A stretch of 64,000 nucleotides of DNA. Source: Piromyces finnis finn (taxonomy: Eukaryota > Fungi > Neocallimastigomycota). The translations under genes and the position numbers were made by a program. The DNA is taken from NCBI GenBank assembly GCA_002104945.1, contig MCFH01000021.1, forward strand, positions 62,001 through 126,000. The letters run 5' to 3'. Position 1 is the stretch's first letter, and each line of letters begins with the position of its first letter. This document shows positions 21,431-36,435 of the stretch, in pieces. The notes beneath the pieces were generated by a model. The model searched no databases, was not told the origin of the DNA, and worked only from the letters and a program-made list of their open reading frames with translations.

Positions 21431-22947
21431 ATTTTATTGTTATAAAATTAATTATATATAATATATGAATAATATGAATAAATTAAAATAAATAAATAAA
21501 TAAACAAATAAATAAACAAATAAATAAACAAATAAATAAAAGAATAATATTATTTAAATTTATATTTAGTAATTCTTTTAATTTAAATTTTAATAATTTT
21601 TATTATTCTCATTAATGTTATCATTACTAATATTTTCATAGCTTATATGTAAAATAATTATATATGTTTTTTTACCATATTACAATAAATAAAAAAGTTG
21701 AAATATTACTTAATTTTTGAAAATTTTATTCAATAAAACTATTTATGGAATCACTTACACTGATAATTTCTCAAAAAAATCTATTGTATAATTAGTAATT
21801 GATAAGCCTCTCTCACCAATTACAAATTTTATTAAAATAAACCATAGATTTGATATAAATATATAATTCATTTCTATTTTTAATTAATATATTATTGTTT
21901 ATCGTTTATTGAAAATTGAACGTTGAATAATTTTTTTTTTTAATTTATCGAATAATATTTGAAGTTATTGTATGAAATTTTGGAATTTGAATTTCGAATT
22001 AGACTAACTAGATGCTAGATGTTAATATTTATTTCAACAAACCAATTTTTTTTTTTTTTTTTTATGATAATCTATTTTCTAATAATTTTTTTATAAATAT
22101 TCATTTATATATAAAATAAATTTAATTTGAAAATGAATTTCTAATTAATCTCATTTCTAATATTATTTATTATTTCAAATACCTTTTTTTTATTTTTATT
22201 TTTTATATTATAAAAGAAAAAGTTTTTTTTAAAAAAAACATATATTAACAATATTTCAATTTAATTATAATATAATATTTATAATATATTAGCAATATAT
22301 TATTAGTTTAATATCTAAATAAAAATAAATTAAAATTAATGATTTAAAATTTCTGCAGAAAAAAAATTTTCATTAATCAAGGTAGTTGTTGGTTGCACAA
22401 GCAATCATTAATCTTTTAATAGTAAGGAATTTGATGTTTATTTATATTTTTATTATATTTTTATTATAGTTAATAAAAAAAAAAAGAGATATACTTGTAT
22501 TATTTTTAGTTAAAAATAATATGAATGAAATAAAATATAAAAAAATATAAAATATAATAAAAGAATATAAATATAAAGTAAATATATATTATATTCATTT
22601 TTACTATATATACTGTGATTATAACTTTTACTATATATGTAAAATAATATATTTTAATACTTTTCATTAAATTATTTCTGTATATTAAATTAATGTGAAT
22701 GAATGTTTATGAAAATGAATACTATTTTGAATATTACTACTAAATATCCAATTATAATTAATAAATATGAAGTGGAGATGAAAAAATAGTTTTGATATTT
22801 TAATATTTTAATTTAAAAATTATCTATTATTATGAATTGAATATTAATTATAATTATTTACATTTTTTTATATTAATATTTGTTTATATTATTTTTCTTT
22901 TCTCCATTATTAAATAATAAAATGTTTTATAGATTTAGTTAATGTAA

Positions 22948-23025
22948 TTATGCTATTGTTCCATACGGAAAACTGCGTCTTTTCATGAGGTCAACTTCAT
23001 ATTCTAATATATTATTTTCAAGACC

Positions 23026-23059
<34 letters not shown>

Positions 23060-24859
23060 GAATTAAATGAATATATAATTATATAACTATATAATGATTT
23101 TGTTGTATTAAACTAGTTTATTTTAATGCTTACCAACGAATATTGATTTACTATCAGGTGAAAAAGTAATACCTGATATATGTTGATCAATTCCTTGTGG
23201 TGATACGCGAACTGTTTGTATTTGATTATAGGTTCTGGCATCTACTATATTTACATATGATACATGCTTTATATATATATATAATATATATATTATTTAA
23301 ATTAAGTATATATTACTATTATTATGAATTTATTACTGAGACTGAATATTAATAAAATTAACATACTTCACTAAACATTAAAAGGTCAACAACTCCTGAT
23401 GGTGAGTACTTTGCACATCTACAAGCTCCCTTTACTTGAGAATACTATTTTTGTTAAGTTTTATAATAATTATATTATTACAGTCAATTAATAAATATTA
23501 TGTATAACAATGATTTATATTATTATATTATATGAACAATAATTTACTTGTGTCGATGTAATCTTTGCCAATTTTTCGCTACTTCTAACATCCCATACAC
23601 TAATAACACCATCTTGACTAGCAACTGCAAAATTTTCTGAATTTTGATTCCATGTACACGAAAAGCCTGCATCATTTGATGCTAAATAAAATAACAACAA
23701 TAATAAGGTTTTAATATTTTTATAATACAAAAATCATTATAAAATATTTCTTTTATATAATAGTTTAAGTAATTTAGATATACCTTTTAATGTAGATATT
23801 TTTTTATATGTTCCTGAATTTGATATATCATATAGAAAAACTTGATTTGAATCACCAACAGCTACCATTTTTCTTCCATCTGGACTTACAGATGCTGTTA
23901 ATATAAAATATATTATGTAAAAAAAAAAAATTTTTTTTTTGGGAGATTATTAAGAAAATAAATTAATATAATTGTTAATTTTTTTTTATATATCAAATTA
24001 TAGGAATAATAGGTATATTAATATACCATAATTAACAGCTGTAGGTAAAGAAATAAATTCTACTCTTTGTAATCCTGGCAATGTGAAAATTTTTATAGTT
24101 TCATCATTATTACATATATAAAGACGTGAACCATATGGATGATGGGATATACATAAAGCATTATTAATTGATCCTCCAACTACAGTTTGAGCATACCATT
24201 GACTGTTAAGTTGTTTAACCATCAATTGACTTCTTTGTCCGCCAACAGCTAAAAATCCATCTCTTTAATATTATAAATATTATATTAATATAAAATGATA
24301 TTAGTTTAATATAATTTAATACTTATATATTGAAATATACGAGCATGTTATTGATGTAGGTGAAAAATTAAGATCTTTTAATATTGGTGAAGCCTATGAA
24401 AAATGTTAATATATTTTTTTTTAAAATTTTTTTTATTGATATATAAATATGTATTTGTTTTAAAGAAATATTTATTTTTTTATTTTTACTTTTTTGTTTT
24501 CAGTGTTGTATGAAATAACATTATTTTGATTAACACAAATAAACTCTTTTCTATTATTTGGGCATACTAATAAATCTCTTAATTGCCTATAATTATTAAA
24601 TAATATTTGATATCATATAAATAATAATAATTATAATAATAATAATAACACTATTATTAGTAAGGCATATTTAGAAATAATATTTATATTATTACTTTAC
24701 CAATGCTGAATAGTTGAACGTTGATTATGACGTTTAGGAAATGACTGTAAAAACTCTGATTCTTCACTTTATCATTTAATATAAAGAATTATTAGTAATT
24801 ATCTTAAATTTTAATATTATATTTTTATCTTACCGATTACTGTTTGTAATTTTTATCAT
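22948..24859 (-). CDS. WD40-repeat protein, DUF2415 family
   Basis: Spliced motifs RSTIQHWQLRDLL, FLAVGGQRSQL, GGSINNAL, ICNNDETIK, FSCTWNQNSENFAVASQDG..SVWDVR, GACRCAKYSP, ISGITFSPDS; ends RRSFPYGTIA*. Confidence 0.8.
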
Positions 24860-26789
24860 TATTATATAAACAAGGTGTTGTTATACTAAATTTATTTTAA
24901 TATTTTTTATTTTATTTTTTTTTTAATTTCTTACTTAATTTTAATTAAATAATTTATTTATATCATACATACTTTAATTGTTATGCTATAATATTACAAA
25001 TATATATATATATAAAATAATATATTTTGAATTTTTAAATTATATTAAATAATCATTATTTTTATTATATATAGAAGATAATATTTTAATATTGAATATA
25101 TGAGAAGTGAAAAATTATAATGCATATAATGTATATATAAAGAAATAAGTGCTGTTAATATATATATATTCTTTCTATTAATAATATACAATTATTAAGA
25201 ATGTAATATTAAAAATATTAAAATTTTAAACTTGAAATTTCTTGATTTTGATAATTTTAAATTGTCAAATTAATAAAAGATAAAATATACATTTAATTTT
25301 TTATTATCTATTTCTTTTTATATATATATATATTTATTTTTAAATGATTTAATTATAGATTTAAAGAAACAACGATTCAATTAATTATAATATAATAATT
25401 TGAATATATTATTATGCTTTCATTATTCTTTTTTTTTTTTTTTATTTTTTTTATTTTTTTAATGTTTAAAGAATAATTAATACCACATTTCTTTCTTTTT
25501 TTCATTTTTCATTTTTTTTTTTTTAATTGGGAATAAAATAATATTATTTCTTTTATGGTCTTTAATCATTTATTTTTTTTAACAATATATATTTCTGCCT
25601 TTTTAAGTATGTATATACATATATTCATAAATTATAGATATTTAAATTGCAATTGTAATTGATTTATACTTTTATAATAAATTTCTGTTGCCTTTATTAT
25701 TAAAATATACAATATTGACTAGTTTTTTTCTTATTTTATTTTTATTTTTTAATAATTTTAATATTTAGTATTATTTATTTAATTTTTCTTCATTAAATTT
25801 ATTTATATTTTAGTTTTTATAATTAATAACATTAAAGAGAAAACATAAAAAGAAGAGTTTTTAAAGAAAAAGAATGTTAAATTACTAAAATAATAATATA
25901 ACACAAAAGGAAAATAAAAATTATATTAATTATTTTATTATTTAATTCTTAATTTTAAAGTTTTTTTTAATTATTTTGTTTTATGTATAATTTATTTATT
26001 TAATATTGCTGAATTTTTTAATTTAAATTTTAAATTTTAATTAATAAAAAAAATAAATAAAACTTTATATTATAATAATCATTACCAAAAATACTTGGTA
26101 AATAAAAGAAAAGAGAAAGAATAATAATCAACTAATTTATTTACAAATAATAATTAATAAACAATTAAATAATATTAATAATATTTAATAATAACAAAAT
26201 ATTTATTCAATTTAAAATTAGTACTCAAAATAAAATATATATACTAAGAACAATTCTAACGAAATTTATATAACAATGTATATAATAATTACAATAAAAG
26301 AATTTATATAATTTATATATAAAAAGGAAAAAATAATATTAAATTTATCAAAAATAAATTAATAAATAGATAAATATATAAAATTTTGTTAATAATTTAA
26401 ATTAAAATATTTTTTTTTTTTTTTTGTTTTTAAAGAATTTTAAAATTATAATCAAAAAAATAAATAATAAATATTAAAAAAGACTATATATATAATAGCT
26501 AAATTTTTATAAGGTATTATTTATGTTTTTATTTTTATTTTATTTATCAATATAAAAAGGAATTTAGGTGAAATTGATTTTAACATTTTCATCTTTATTG
26601 TTTAAAATAATAATAAAAAAAATTATTACATAAGATATATAAAATGAAATTACATTTCATAAAATTTTAAATTCAAGTAATTTTTATTTATAATAAAAAG
26701 TTAAATTTTATTGATGTTAAATCAACATTATAATTTATTGTTTAATGCTATTAAAATTGTCTATTACATATTTGTTATTGTTAAAATAG

Positions 26790-29521
26790 GAGGCTGATAG
26801 TTCATTTATAATTTTTAAATCAGGTATACATAATAAAAATAAAAATCAACAATAATCTTTTCTTTTTGTAAATAGTTTAAATGTTTAAATAAATAAATAA
26901 AATGAAACATTAAAACCATTGTATAATGATAACAATAAAATTATCTAATATAGATAAGGGACAATTCAAATTAAATATTGAAGAGAAGATAATGTCAAAT
27001 AAGTCTCAGACAGATTTTGAAAAATCCGAAAAAAATAATAATCTATTATTTGAATGGAGTGAAATTCTTGATATTGACACTTCAAAAATATTTGAAGATA
27101 CTGTTAGAAATATTATAATTGATAAATTTGATATAAAATCTGATGAAAATTTATTATCTTCACCTGATTTAATAAAATTACAATATTGGAGAAACATCAT
27201 ATATGATTTAGAAGAGAAAATGCAAAATACACCAAAACTACAATCTGTTATAAAAGTAATTATAATATTAATATTACCAATGAGAATAATAATAATAAAG
27301 GATGAAGAAAAAAAATATTAAAAATTAATAATTTAATTTTAAAATCTCTTATATATGTATAAAGTTAATTATTGATTCTGGCTATGAAAATGAATTAGCT
27401 CAATCATTATCATCTGGACAGTATAAAGAATCTTTTAGCAATTCATTAGTTGATTCAATTATTAAATTAAGTAATATTAATGAAGAATTACTACCAAAAT
27501 ATATTCATTCATTCTTGGTAATATATGATTTAAATATGTATAAAATATAAATATAATATCAAATATTTTTATATAAAAATTGCCATCTTTTATTTAAATT
27601 CTTTAAATATATTTTAATATAGGAATTGTGTTCTCAAAATGTTGTTAGCTATGTTTATTCACAAACCTTTTTAGTTAGATTAATAAATGATCCAACCATT
27701 GAAGAAAAAAAGAAATATTTAATTAGATATTTATCATTAAAATTGGATGAATATATAGATAGTATTGATTCTACTAAAAAGTAAAGTTTATATATAAATA
27801 ATTAACTTCTAATCAATCAATTTATAGAAAATTAAATAAAGTTATATATTTGTAATATATTTTTTTTATTTAGATATAGTAATATATTTAGCGAATCTTT
27901 AGTAAGTTCTATTCAAAAGATGAATTCAGATTTTATTGTATCAATAAGAAATATGAGATCAGAACAAGAAGTAGTATCATTAGATATTTCTAGAGTATGT
28001 TATATTTAAAGCATATAAAATACAAATATTATAAAATATTGTTTTCATATTTTTATCATATTAGTAATATTTATAATATTTCAAATATATCAAAAGGTTT
28101 ATAATTATTATAAAAATCAAAGGGATAATCCTAGTATTGAGTTTTTAAGACATCCGAATATTTACAGTAAATAAGTCATAAGTTCTATATTTTTTAAATT
28201 CAATAAATTACTGAATAAAAATAACATCAAATATTTATTTTTATATAAAGAACTTTTATTAAAAGAAATTTTTACGAATAATGACCAACCACAAAGTAAA
28301 AAAGATGTTTATACTTGGTTATTAGCTTATGCTACAAGTGTTAATGATAGCGATGATAATATGGTATATTGATTAAAATTATCTAAATTATATGCTTCAT
28401 AATGAAGATAAAGAATTAATGATGAATTACTTACATAAAATAAAGGAAAAAGATAAGAGTATTAAAGAAACTATAAATGAAATTAATCATTTGAGTGCAA
28501 CACTTAAGAAAATCACGCCAAATACTGATTTAAAAGAATATTTTATGGATTTACTTAAAGCAACCGAGTAATAATCATAGAATTTAAAATTAAAATAATG
28601 TGAACTTTGAAAAATATTTTATTTATATTTTTATTATTACAAATGTATTTTTTTTTTATATTAGAATACCTATTACTTCAATGGCATTGATATCTTGGAT
28701 TGAAAATACAATGGATGATCCAAATTATTCGGATTTGTATAATCAGATTAATGTTAGACCATTAACTTTTGATTTATTAAATGAAGCTGCTATACGTCAA
28801 CCTCTTCAACGTGACGCAATTTTTAATATATATAAGAAGTCTTTTGAAAAACAACAATATGTGGGCGTTATTTCTGAAGCAGTTGTAAGTATAAACTATA
28901 CATATGTAATTATTATTATTATCAAATGATATATGACGAGTAAATGTTGGTTGCTAAACAAAATGTTTTATTTTAAAATTTAGATGGAACTGAAGAAAAG
29001 AATTTTAGCTGAATTTATTTTTCTTATGAAAACCGATTTCGTTATTCCTGTACTAAATTATATGGTTGAAGCTGCTTCAAGAATAGATGAATCTTTATCT
29101 GTTTATTTTGTCCAAAATGTATATTTTAAATTTTAAATTGCTTATTTAATTAAATTTCCAAAAATATATAATATTTAATCATAATTAATTAATGAATTAA
29201 TATAAATTATTTCATAATAATAAATAATTACCATAAATTAGTTAATATCAATGATTGAAATATATCCAAGGGATATTGCATCTCTAATAGTAAAAATTAT
29301 ATCTAAATTATCAATTAAAGCATTTAAGTCATCAGATAATAATGAGCTTTCTCAATTTTTAGGTAATTTTTGTATGGGAAGATTTCAATAATATATAGAA
29401 ATGGTAATGATTACTAACTTTATAACTTATTTTTAATATTATAGAAAAAATTTTATTATTAGATTTAAGAAGTGAAGAAAAAGAAAAAATAAAAAGGATG
29501 CTTGAGGATTTAAGTTCTTAA
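26790..29521 (+). CDS. NELFCD: Negative elongation factor C/D (TH1-like); start codon upstream not resolved
   Basis: Colinear similarity to remembered human NELFCD: LQYWRNIIYDL ~ HTTWRDLFYKL; LIIDSGYENEL ~ LISDAGYQGEI; YTWLLAYATSV ~ YIHILAYAASV; IPITSMALISWI ~ FPVVAMGVLKWV; ELKKRILAEFIFLMKTDFVIPVLNY ~ ELKKTLLDRMVHLLSRGYVLPVVSY. Confidence 0.85.
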
Positions 29522-30068
29522 TATAAATTTATCGTAATAAACGTTAATATTATATCTTTTATGTTATAAAGGAATCTGGATATGCGCGGAAATATAAATT
29601 ATAATGGAATAATTATAAGTTTGATAGTGAAGTTAAATTTCAAATATCAAATTTTTTTATTTGACTTTTTTTTTTATTTATTTATTTATTTATTTATGTA
29701 TTTATTACTCTTAAACTGTATATTTCTTATTATCATTCTTATTTTTATTATGAATTTATAAATTGTTAGAATGAAAAATGTAGTTATTTATAAATTAAAT
29801 CTATTATGAAATAAACTATTGTATTACAATGTTTAAGACAGTATATATATGTTTTAATTCTTCAATTTATAGTTTTTTTAAATAATTTAAAATTTTAATT
29901 CATCTAATATTTGTAAACTTTAATTAATTTTTAAATAAAGTTTGTATTATGAATATATGAATAAATTTATTCTTTATTAAATTCAAATAAATTAATAAAT
30001 AAAAAGAAAAAAAATATATATAAAAAAAAATAAGAAATTGTAACATATTTATATATTTAAATATAGTA

Positions 30069-30722
30069 ATGTGGGCGTTATATAATTCTTATCATTATGA
30101 ATCTTTGGATAGAAGAAAAAATAAAGAAAAAGAAGCTGAAATTAAAATTAACCAACATGAAAAAAAAGGAAATATTAACTCAAGTTCAATAAAGAATCAA
30201 GATTTCAGTAATATTTTTTGTCAAGGAAATCGGGTTTCAAGGTAATTATTATTTTAAATAATTAGTATAACCAGTAAACAGAATATTTATAATCTAATAA
30301 TTAATAATCAAATATACATTTTTTATAATAATTTTAATATTCACCAGACCGAAGGATCCGAAAGAAGAAATTAGTTCAGACGATATAAAAAAATTTAAGA
30401 GAATAACGTAATAATATTTATTGTATTATTATGTATTAGTACTGTATGAATATGAATTATCAACATTGAATGATATGTATACTAAAAAAATGTATTATAT
30501 ATTAATAATAAATTTAAAGTCCTCTTTTTCATCAGCTTTGGGAGGTATATTTAATAGAATATTATAAAAAGGGAAATTTTTATTATATATTTATTTATAT
30601 TTATATATTTATAGAAATCAGTAGAAGAAGCAAGACTAAGGGGAAAACATGATAAAAACATTAGTAAATTATATAATGAATCTTACGATATGCAATTTAG
30701 GTAAAGTAACATATATTAATTA

Positions 30723-30753
<31 letters not shown>

Positions 30754-31725
30754 TTAACTAACTTTAAATATTTTATAATATAAAAATTATATTATAAAGG
30801 GAATTTCCTGATGAATATATATCAAAAAACAACCCTTATAAGCCAAAATTGTTCGAGGAACTAGGTTCTAGTGACTTATCATGGTAAATATGATAAAAAT
30901 ATTGATCTTAAATACCATTATAGAAATAAATAATAGTAAAACATTATATATTATTATTATTATTATTATTAAAGGATGACAAAGATATCGCTAAATGATC
31001 TTCACCCGAACTTAACTTTAGAGCAACAGTATTATCATTTGAAGGATATGGTAATGTATATATAATTAAATAATTATTAATTATTATTGTGGTGAAAGTG
31101 TATTAATATTTAGAAATTGGTAACTATAGGAAATGTATTATATGATTAATTTATGGAGAACAAAATGGGTATGTATATAATATTATAATAAATAATAACT
31201 ATATAATAGAATTTAATATAGTAATATATTAATATGAATACAAATATTTCATATTATTTGGGGATTAAGAACGAAGTAAATATATCATTTTATATAATAG
31301 TATAGAAAAAATGGGAAAAAAGAATAGCTAATTATTAATATTTGTAAAATATCTAAAATATTAGATAAGATCAGAACAAGATTATTGGTATGAATTAAAA
31401 GATAATACATTTTGGATAGAAGCTAGAAGGAACAGACAAAATGCGAAAGATCCAGGTTATTATATATATTTAATTCTTTTCCATAATTATCAACAATGAT
31501 ATTCAATGTATTAACACAAATAAAACTAAATAATAAATAGGAGCAAGAGAATATTTTATTAATAAAATTAAAGAATTTTATTATGATCAAAAATTACATT
31601 ATAATAAATATAAAAATATTGAGAATATTGAAGACTCAGTAGAATCTGGTGATTTATTAAATGAGTATTCATTTATTCCTCTAACAAAGAAAATCAATAA
31701 AGTAACAAATTCTCAAGTTAAATGA
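30069..31725 (+). CDS. Hypothetical protein, 9 small exons, Trp/Tyr-rich core, no family recognised
   Basis: Exons join in phase through GT-AG introns from MWALYNSYHYESL to ...KVTNSQVK*, with no internal stop. Confidence 0.65.
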
Positions 31726-32252
31726 TTCTTGGAAAATAATAATAATAAATAAATAATAAACTTGATTTTTACTATTATAAAAAACATTATAATGTAGAAT
31801 GACTTAAAATAATTATTAATTCTATTCCATTCTATTTAAAATATAATAACTGATACTATTATAAAATAAAATTTTTATTACTATTATTAAAATTTTAAAA
31901 TTTATAATTAAAATAAAATAAAAAATTAAAATTAATTGATATAAATAATTAATATATGGGAATTATATATTGATTGGTTCATAATTATTTTTTATATATA
32001 TAAAATGTATAATTGTATTTATATAAATAAAAAAAACAATTTTTTATTACAAAAAAAAAAAAAAATTGAAAATTAGTAAATTTTTGTTAAGTGGGTTTTT
32101 TAGAAAAGAATTTTATTTTTATTTTTTGTTAGGTGTTACAAATTCAATAATAAAGAAATATTTAATATTAAGGGAAAGAATATTAAACAAATATAGTTTA
32201 TAATTATCATCAGGAATTATTTAAAATTAAAATAATAATATAAAATATAAAA

Positions 32253-34918
32253 ATGGCCAAATCAAAAAAAAACACTAAACAAGAATTAAATGAAGAAGAA
32301 ATAGTTGATGAAATGGAATATGAAAATGATGAATATAATGAAGACGAATACAATGAAAATGAATTAGAAGGTGATGAAAATGAAGAAGAAGAAGAAGAAG
32401 AAGAAGAAAATGAATCTAAAAAACCACGTTTAGACAATCAACCACAAAAAAGTAACTTTTAGTTTTATTTTTAATAATTTATTACTTTTTTTCTTTTTTG
32501 TTAGAGTGTATAATTTTACAAAAGAATATATTAATATTATATATAAAGCAATTTATATAAATAATTATTTAAAATCTAAAAATCTAGAATATTTATATTT
32601 TTTTTATTTAAAAATATAATGAATTAATGAAAAAGAGAATATTAATATATTATTATTATTGTATTAATATAGACCAATTAACTCCAGAACAAAAGGCAGC
32701 AAATCGTCAAGCTCAAAAGCAATTAAAAAATGAAAGAAAAGCTCAAAATCCTTCATATGAAATTATTTATGAAGCCAAGGAAATTTGGGAAACTTTAAGA
32801 TTAAAGCGTAACACTAAAGATGAAAGAAAAGAACTTATGAATAAATTAATGAACATTATTCGCGGAAAAGTTCAAGAAGTAAATAATTATTAACAAAAAA
32901 AATAATTCTATAATAATTTACAATATTTTTATCTTAAATTTATAATCATTAATAATAATTAATTTTCTATGTAAAAATATTATTTATATACTTTAATACT
33001 AAAAAATATTAAAATGAATATGAAATTTTAAAGATTATTTTCAAGCATGATGCTTCACGTATTATTCAATGTGCAATTAAATATGGTAATCAATCACAAA
33101 GATCTGAAATTGCTAAAGAATTAAAAGGAAGATATGTTGAATTATCAAAATCCGTGTATGGTAGATTTATTATTAGTAGAGTTTTAGCTTACTGGTAAAT
33201 TAAATAAATACATAAATATGATTTATATTTAAAACATATTACTTAAAATCAATTTTAAAATGCAATTAATTCCTTTTATATAGTACTGATGAAAGAGCCT
33301 CAGTAATTGCAGAATTTTATGGTAAAGTTTTAAAGTTAATTAAACATAAGGAAGCCTCATTAATTATTGAAGAAGCATATTCTCAATATGCTAACGCTAC
33401 CCAAAGAACAGCATTAATTGAAGAATTTTATGGTCCAGAATTCGCTATCTTCAAGGTATAGAAAGATTCAATTTTTATAAGCAATTATAAATAATATATT
33501 GATTTTTTTTTATTTATTTAAATGAAAAATAATAATAGACTAAAGAAAATAGAAGTATTGAACAATTAATGGAACAACCAATTAAAAAAGAAAGTATTTT
33601 AAAGCATTTACAACATACTCTTTCATCAATTCTTGGTAAAGGTGGATGGGATATTACTGCTCACACTATTGTTCACCGCGCTTTAATGGAATATTTCCAA
33701 TATGCCGATGAACGTAACATTCAAAATATGATTGAATTTGTTAAAGATCATATTGTTCATATCCTTCACACTAGAGAAGGTGCCTATGTTGCTAGAAAAG
33801 CTATCTTATATGCTACCCCAAAAGAACGTAAATATATTATTAAAACTTTCAAATCTTATGTTGCTAAAATTGCATGTGAACAATATGGTCACACTGTTCT
33901 TTTAACCATTTTTGATTGTGTTGATGATACAACTTTAATTCAAAAATCAATTATTTCTGAAATAACTAAAAAGGTTAAGCCAACTACTACTATTGCTGGT
34001 ACCGAAGAAGATGCTGAAAATGTTGGTTTAATTAATATTATTACTGATCGTTGGGGTAGTCGTGTTGCCTTATATTTACTTTCTCATCGTAAAGGTAAAT
34101 ACTTCTCACCATCTGATATTAAACTTTTAGAAGAAGGTGATGCTATTCGTTCTAAAACTAGTAAGAAAGATCCTGAAGTTAGAAGAAAGGAATTATTAAA
34201 TGCTTTCTCTCCACAAATGATTGAAATTTGTACAAAATATGCTGAGCAATTAATGAAAGATCGTGTTTCCTCACATGTTGTATTTGAAACCCTTAAATGT
34301 GCCGAAGGTGAAAAAGATGAATTAATTGAAGCCATTGCTTCTGTTGTTCAAGGTACTATCGAAGAATATAAAGAAAATAATACTCAAAAAAAGGAAGAAG
34401 ATGAATACTTTAACGCCATTAAAAAATTAGCTGCTGAAAAGGCTGAAGCTAAATATGTCGAAACCGAAAATGAGCATCCATTAGTTAGTCGTACTTCTAA
34501 TCAACTTATTAAGAATATTATAATGTTAAGCCAAAGTGAAGATGAAGAAAACCAAAAAATTGGAAAGGCATTTACAAAGGCTTTCTATACTAATATTAAA
34601 GATAATTTAGTTTACTGGGTAAAATACTGTGCCAAGGATGCTGTCCATACTAGTGGTATTGCTTATGCCTTATTAGCATTATTAGAAAATGCTGATAAAT
34701 CTACTGTTAAAGAAATTAAATCTTCATTAAAGTCAATTATTTCTAAGCTTAAGATAAATAAAGAAAATAAGCAAAGTGAAAATGAAAATCAAAATAATAA
34801 GAAAAGAAAGAGAAATGGTGGAGGAAAAGCTCAAAAACCAAAGATAGATAAATCAAAATTAGATGGTGGTGAATATTTAACTGGTATCGAGAAGTTGGTC
34901 AAAACATTAAAAAACTAA
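32253..34918 (+). CDS. PUF6: Pumilio-like ribosome-biogenesis RNA-binding protein Puf6/PUM3 (CPL domain)
   Basis: Acidic N-terminus; KHDASRIIQCAIKYG, EEFYGPEF, HTREGAYVA...YATPKERKYIIKTFK, DCVDDT, KKDPEVRRKELL motifs. Confidence 0.92.
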
Positions 34919-35481
34919 TTCCAATTTTAAAATAATCATTAAAAATAATTTCTGAGGAAATTTTATTTTTTTTTTATCTCCATTATTAAAGTTATCATAT
35001 TTAATTTATTCTTTATTTTTTAATCACTTTAATTTTCAATCACAAAAAATATGAAAGATAAATAAAGACATTTTATATTTATTTAATTTAAATTAATTTT
35101 TTTTTTTATTCTTTTTATTATAAATAATAGATTGTATTTTTATTCTTTCAAATATAAAATAAAAACATTTATAAATATTATTACTTATTTAATAAAGTTA
35201 AATATTGCAATTCAAAATAATAATATATTAAATGTTATAATTATTATAAAGTATTTTGTATTAATAATCTTATTAAAAAAAAAAAAAAAAAAAAAAAGAT
35301 ACATTGAAACATTAATAATTAATACTTTATATATTAAAAAAAAGGAAAAAAAAAATAGGTATTATTAATTTATTTTCGTAAATTTATTGAATAAAGTTTA
35401 AAGATTTGAATATTAATTTTTTATTTTTAAATATTAAAAAGTTTTTTTATTAAATAATAAAAATTGTTAATAATTAATAAT

Positions 35482-35532
<51 letters not shown>

Positions 35533-35572
35533 GAACTAAAAGGAAGAAAAAGGAATATAAAGTATAATAAAA

Positions 35573-36374
35573 ATGAATTATTCAAGAAGTTTATCAAAAG
35601 AAATTAAAACAGCTGGTAGAGCACCATGGTAATAATTAAAATTTATATATAGATGTAAAATCCATTTATAAATTTAGTAATAAAATAATAAAATATATAA
35701 ATTATTTCATAACAATTAGGTATAATTTTGAAGGTGAAAATCTTCCAATTTATATTATCGGTATTACTGGTGGTAGTGCTTCAGGAAAGACAACTGTTGC
35801 TGAAAGAATTACTCAAAAACTTGGTATAATATTATATTTAATATATTATATATGAAATACTTTTTATTAGAAGTGAATTAATACTTATTATTTTTTCATT
35901 ATTTTTATATATTATATTATATATTATATTATTACATTGTTATAATTACTGTATTATTACAATAATTATTATTATCTTAAATCCTTTATATGAAATTTCT
36001 TTTATGTAAAGATGTACCATGGGTATATATTTAAAAATTTTTAATAATAATAATAATAATAATAATGATAATAAAATATTAATAAATAAAGAAAGAAATT
36101 AAAAAAAGAAGGAATGAAAGAAAAAATAACATTAAAATGTTTTTTCTTTATTTATTTCATAATAGGTTGTATTACTTTCAATGGATTCATTTTACAAAGT
36201 TTTAAATCCAGAACAACATGCTTTGGCAGAATCAAAGTAAATTTCATTAAATAATATATATGTAACATTATATAGTACTAAAATGATTGTAAAAAATAAT
36301 AATAATAAATTAATTATTTGATAAAAAGTAATTACAATTTCGATCATCCAGGTTTGTATTCTTATTTTTATTCC

Positions 36375-36435
<61 letters not shown>

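Noticed and set aside
22350-22440. Slightly GC-richer intergenic island with a repeated CATTAATC
   Set aside because: No C/D or H/ACA boxes, stable fold or ORF that I could support.
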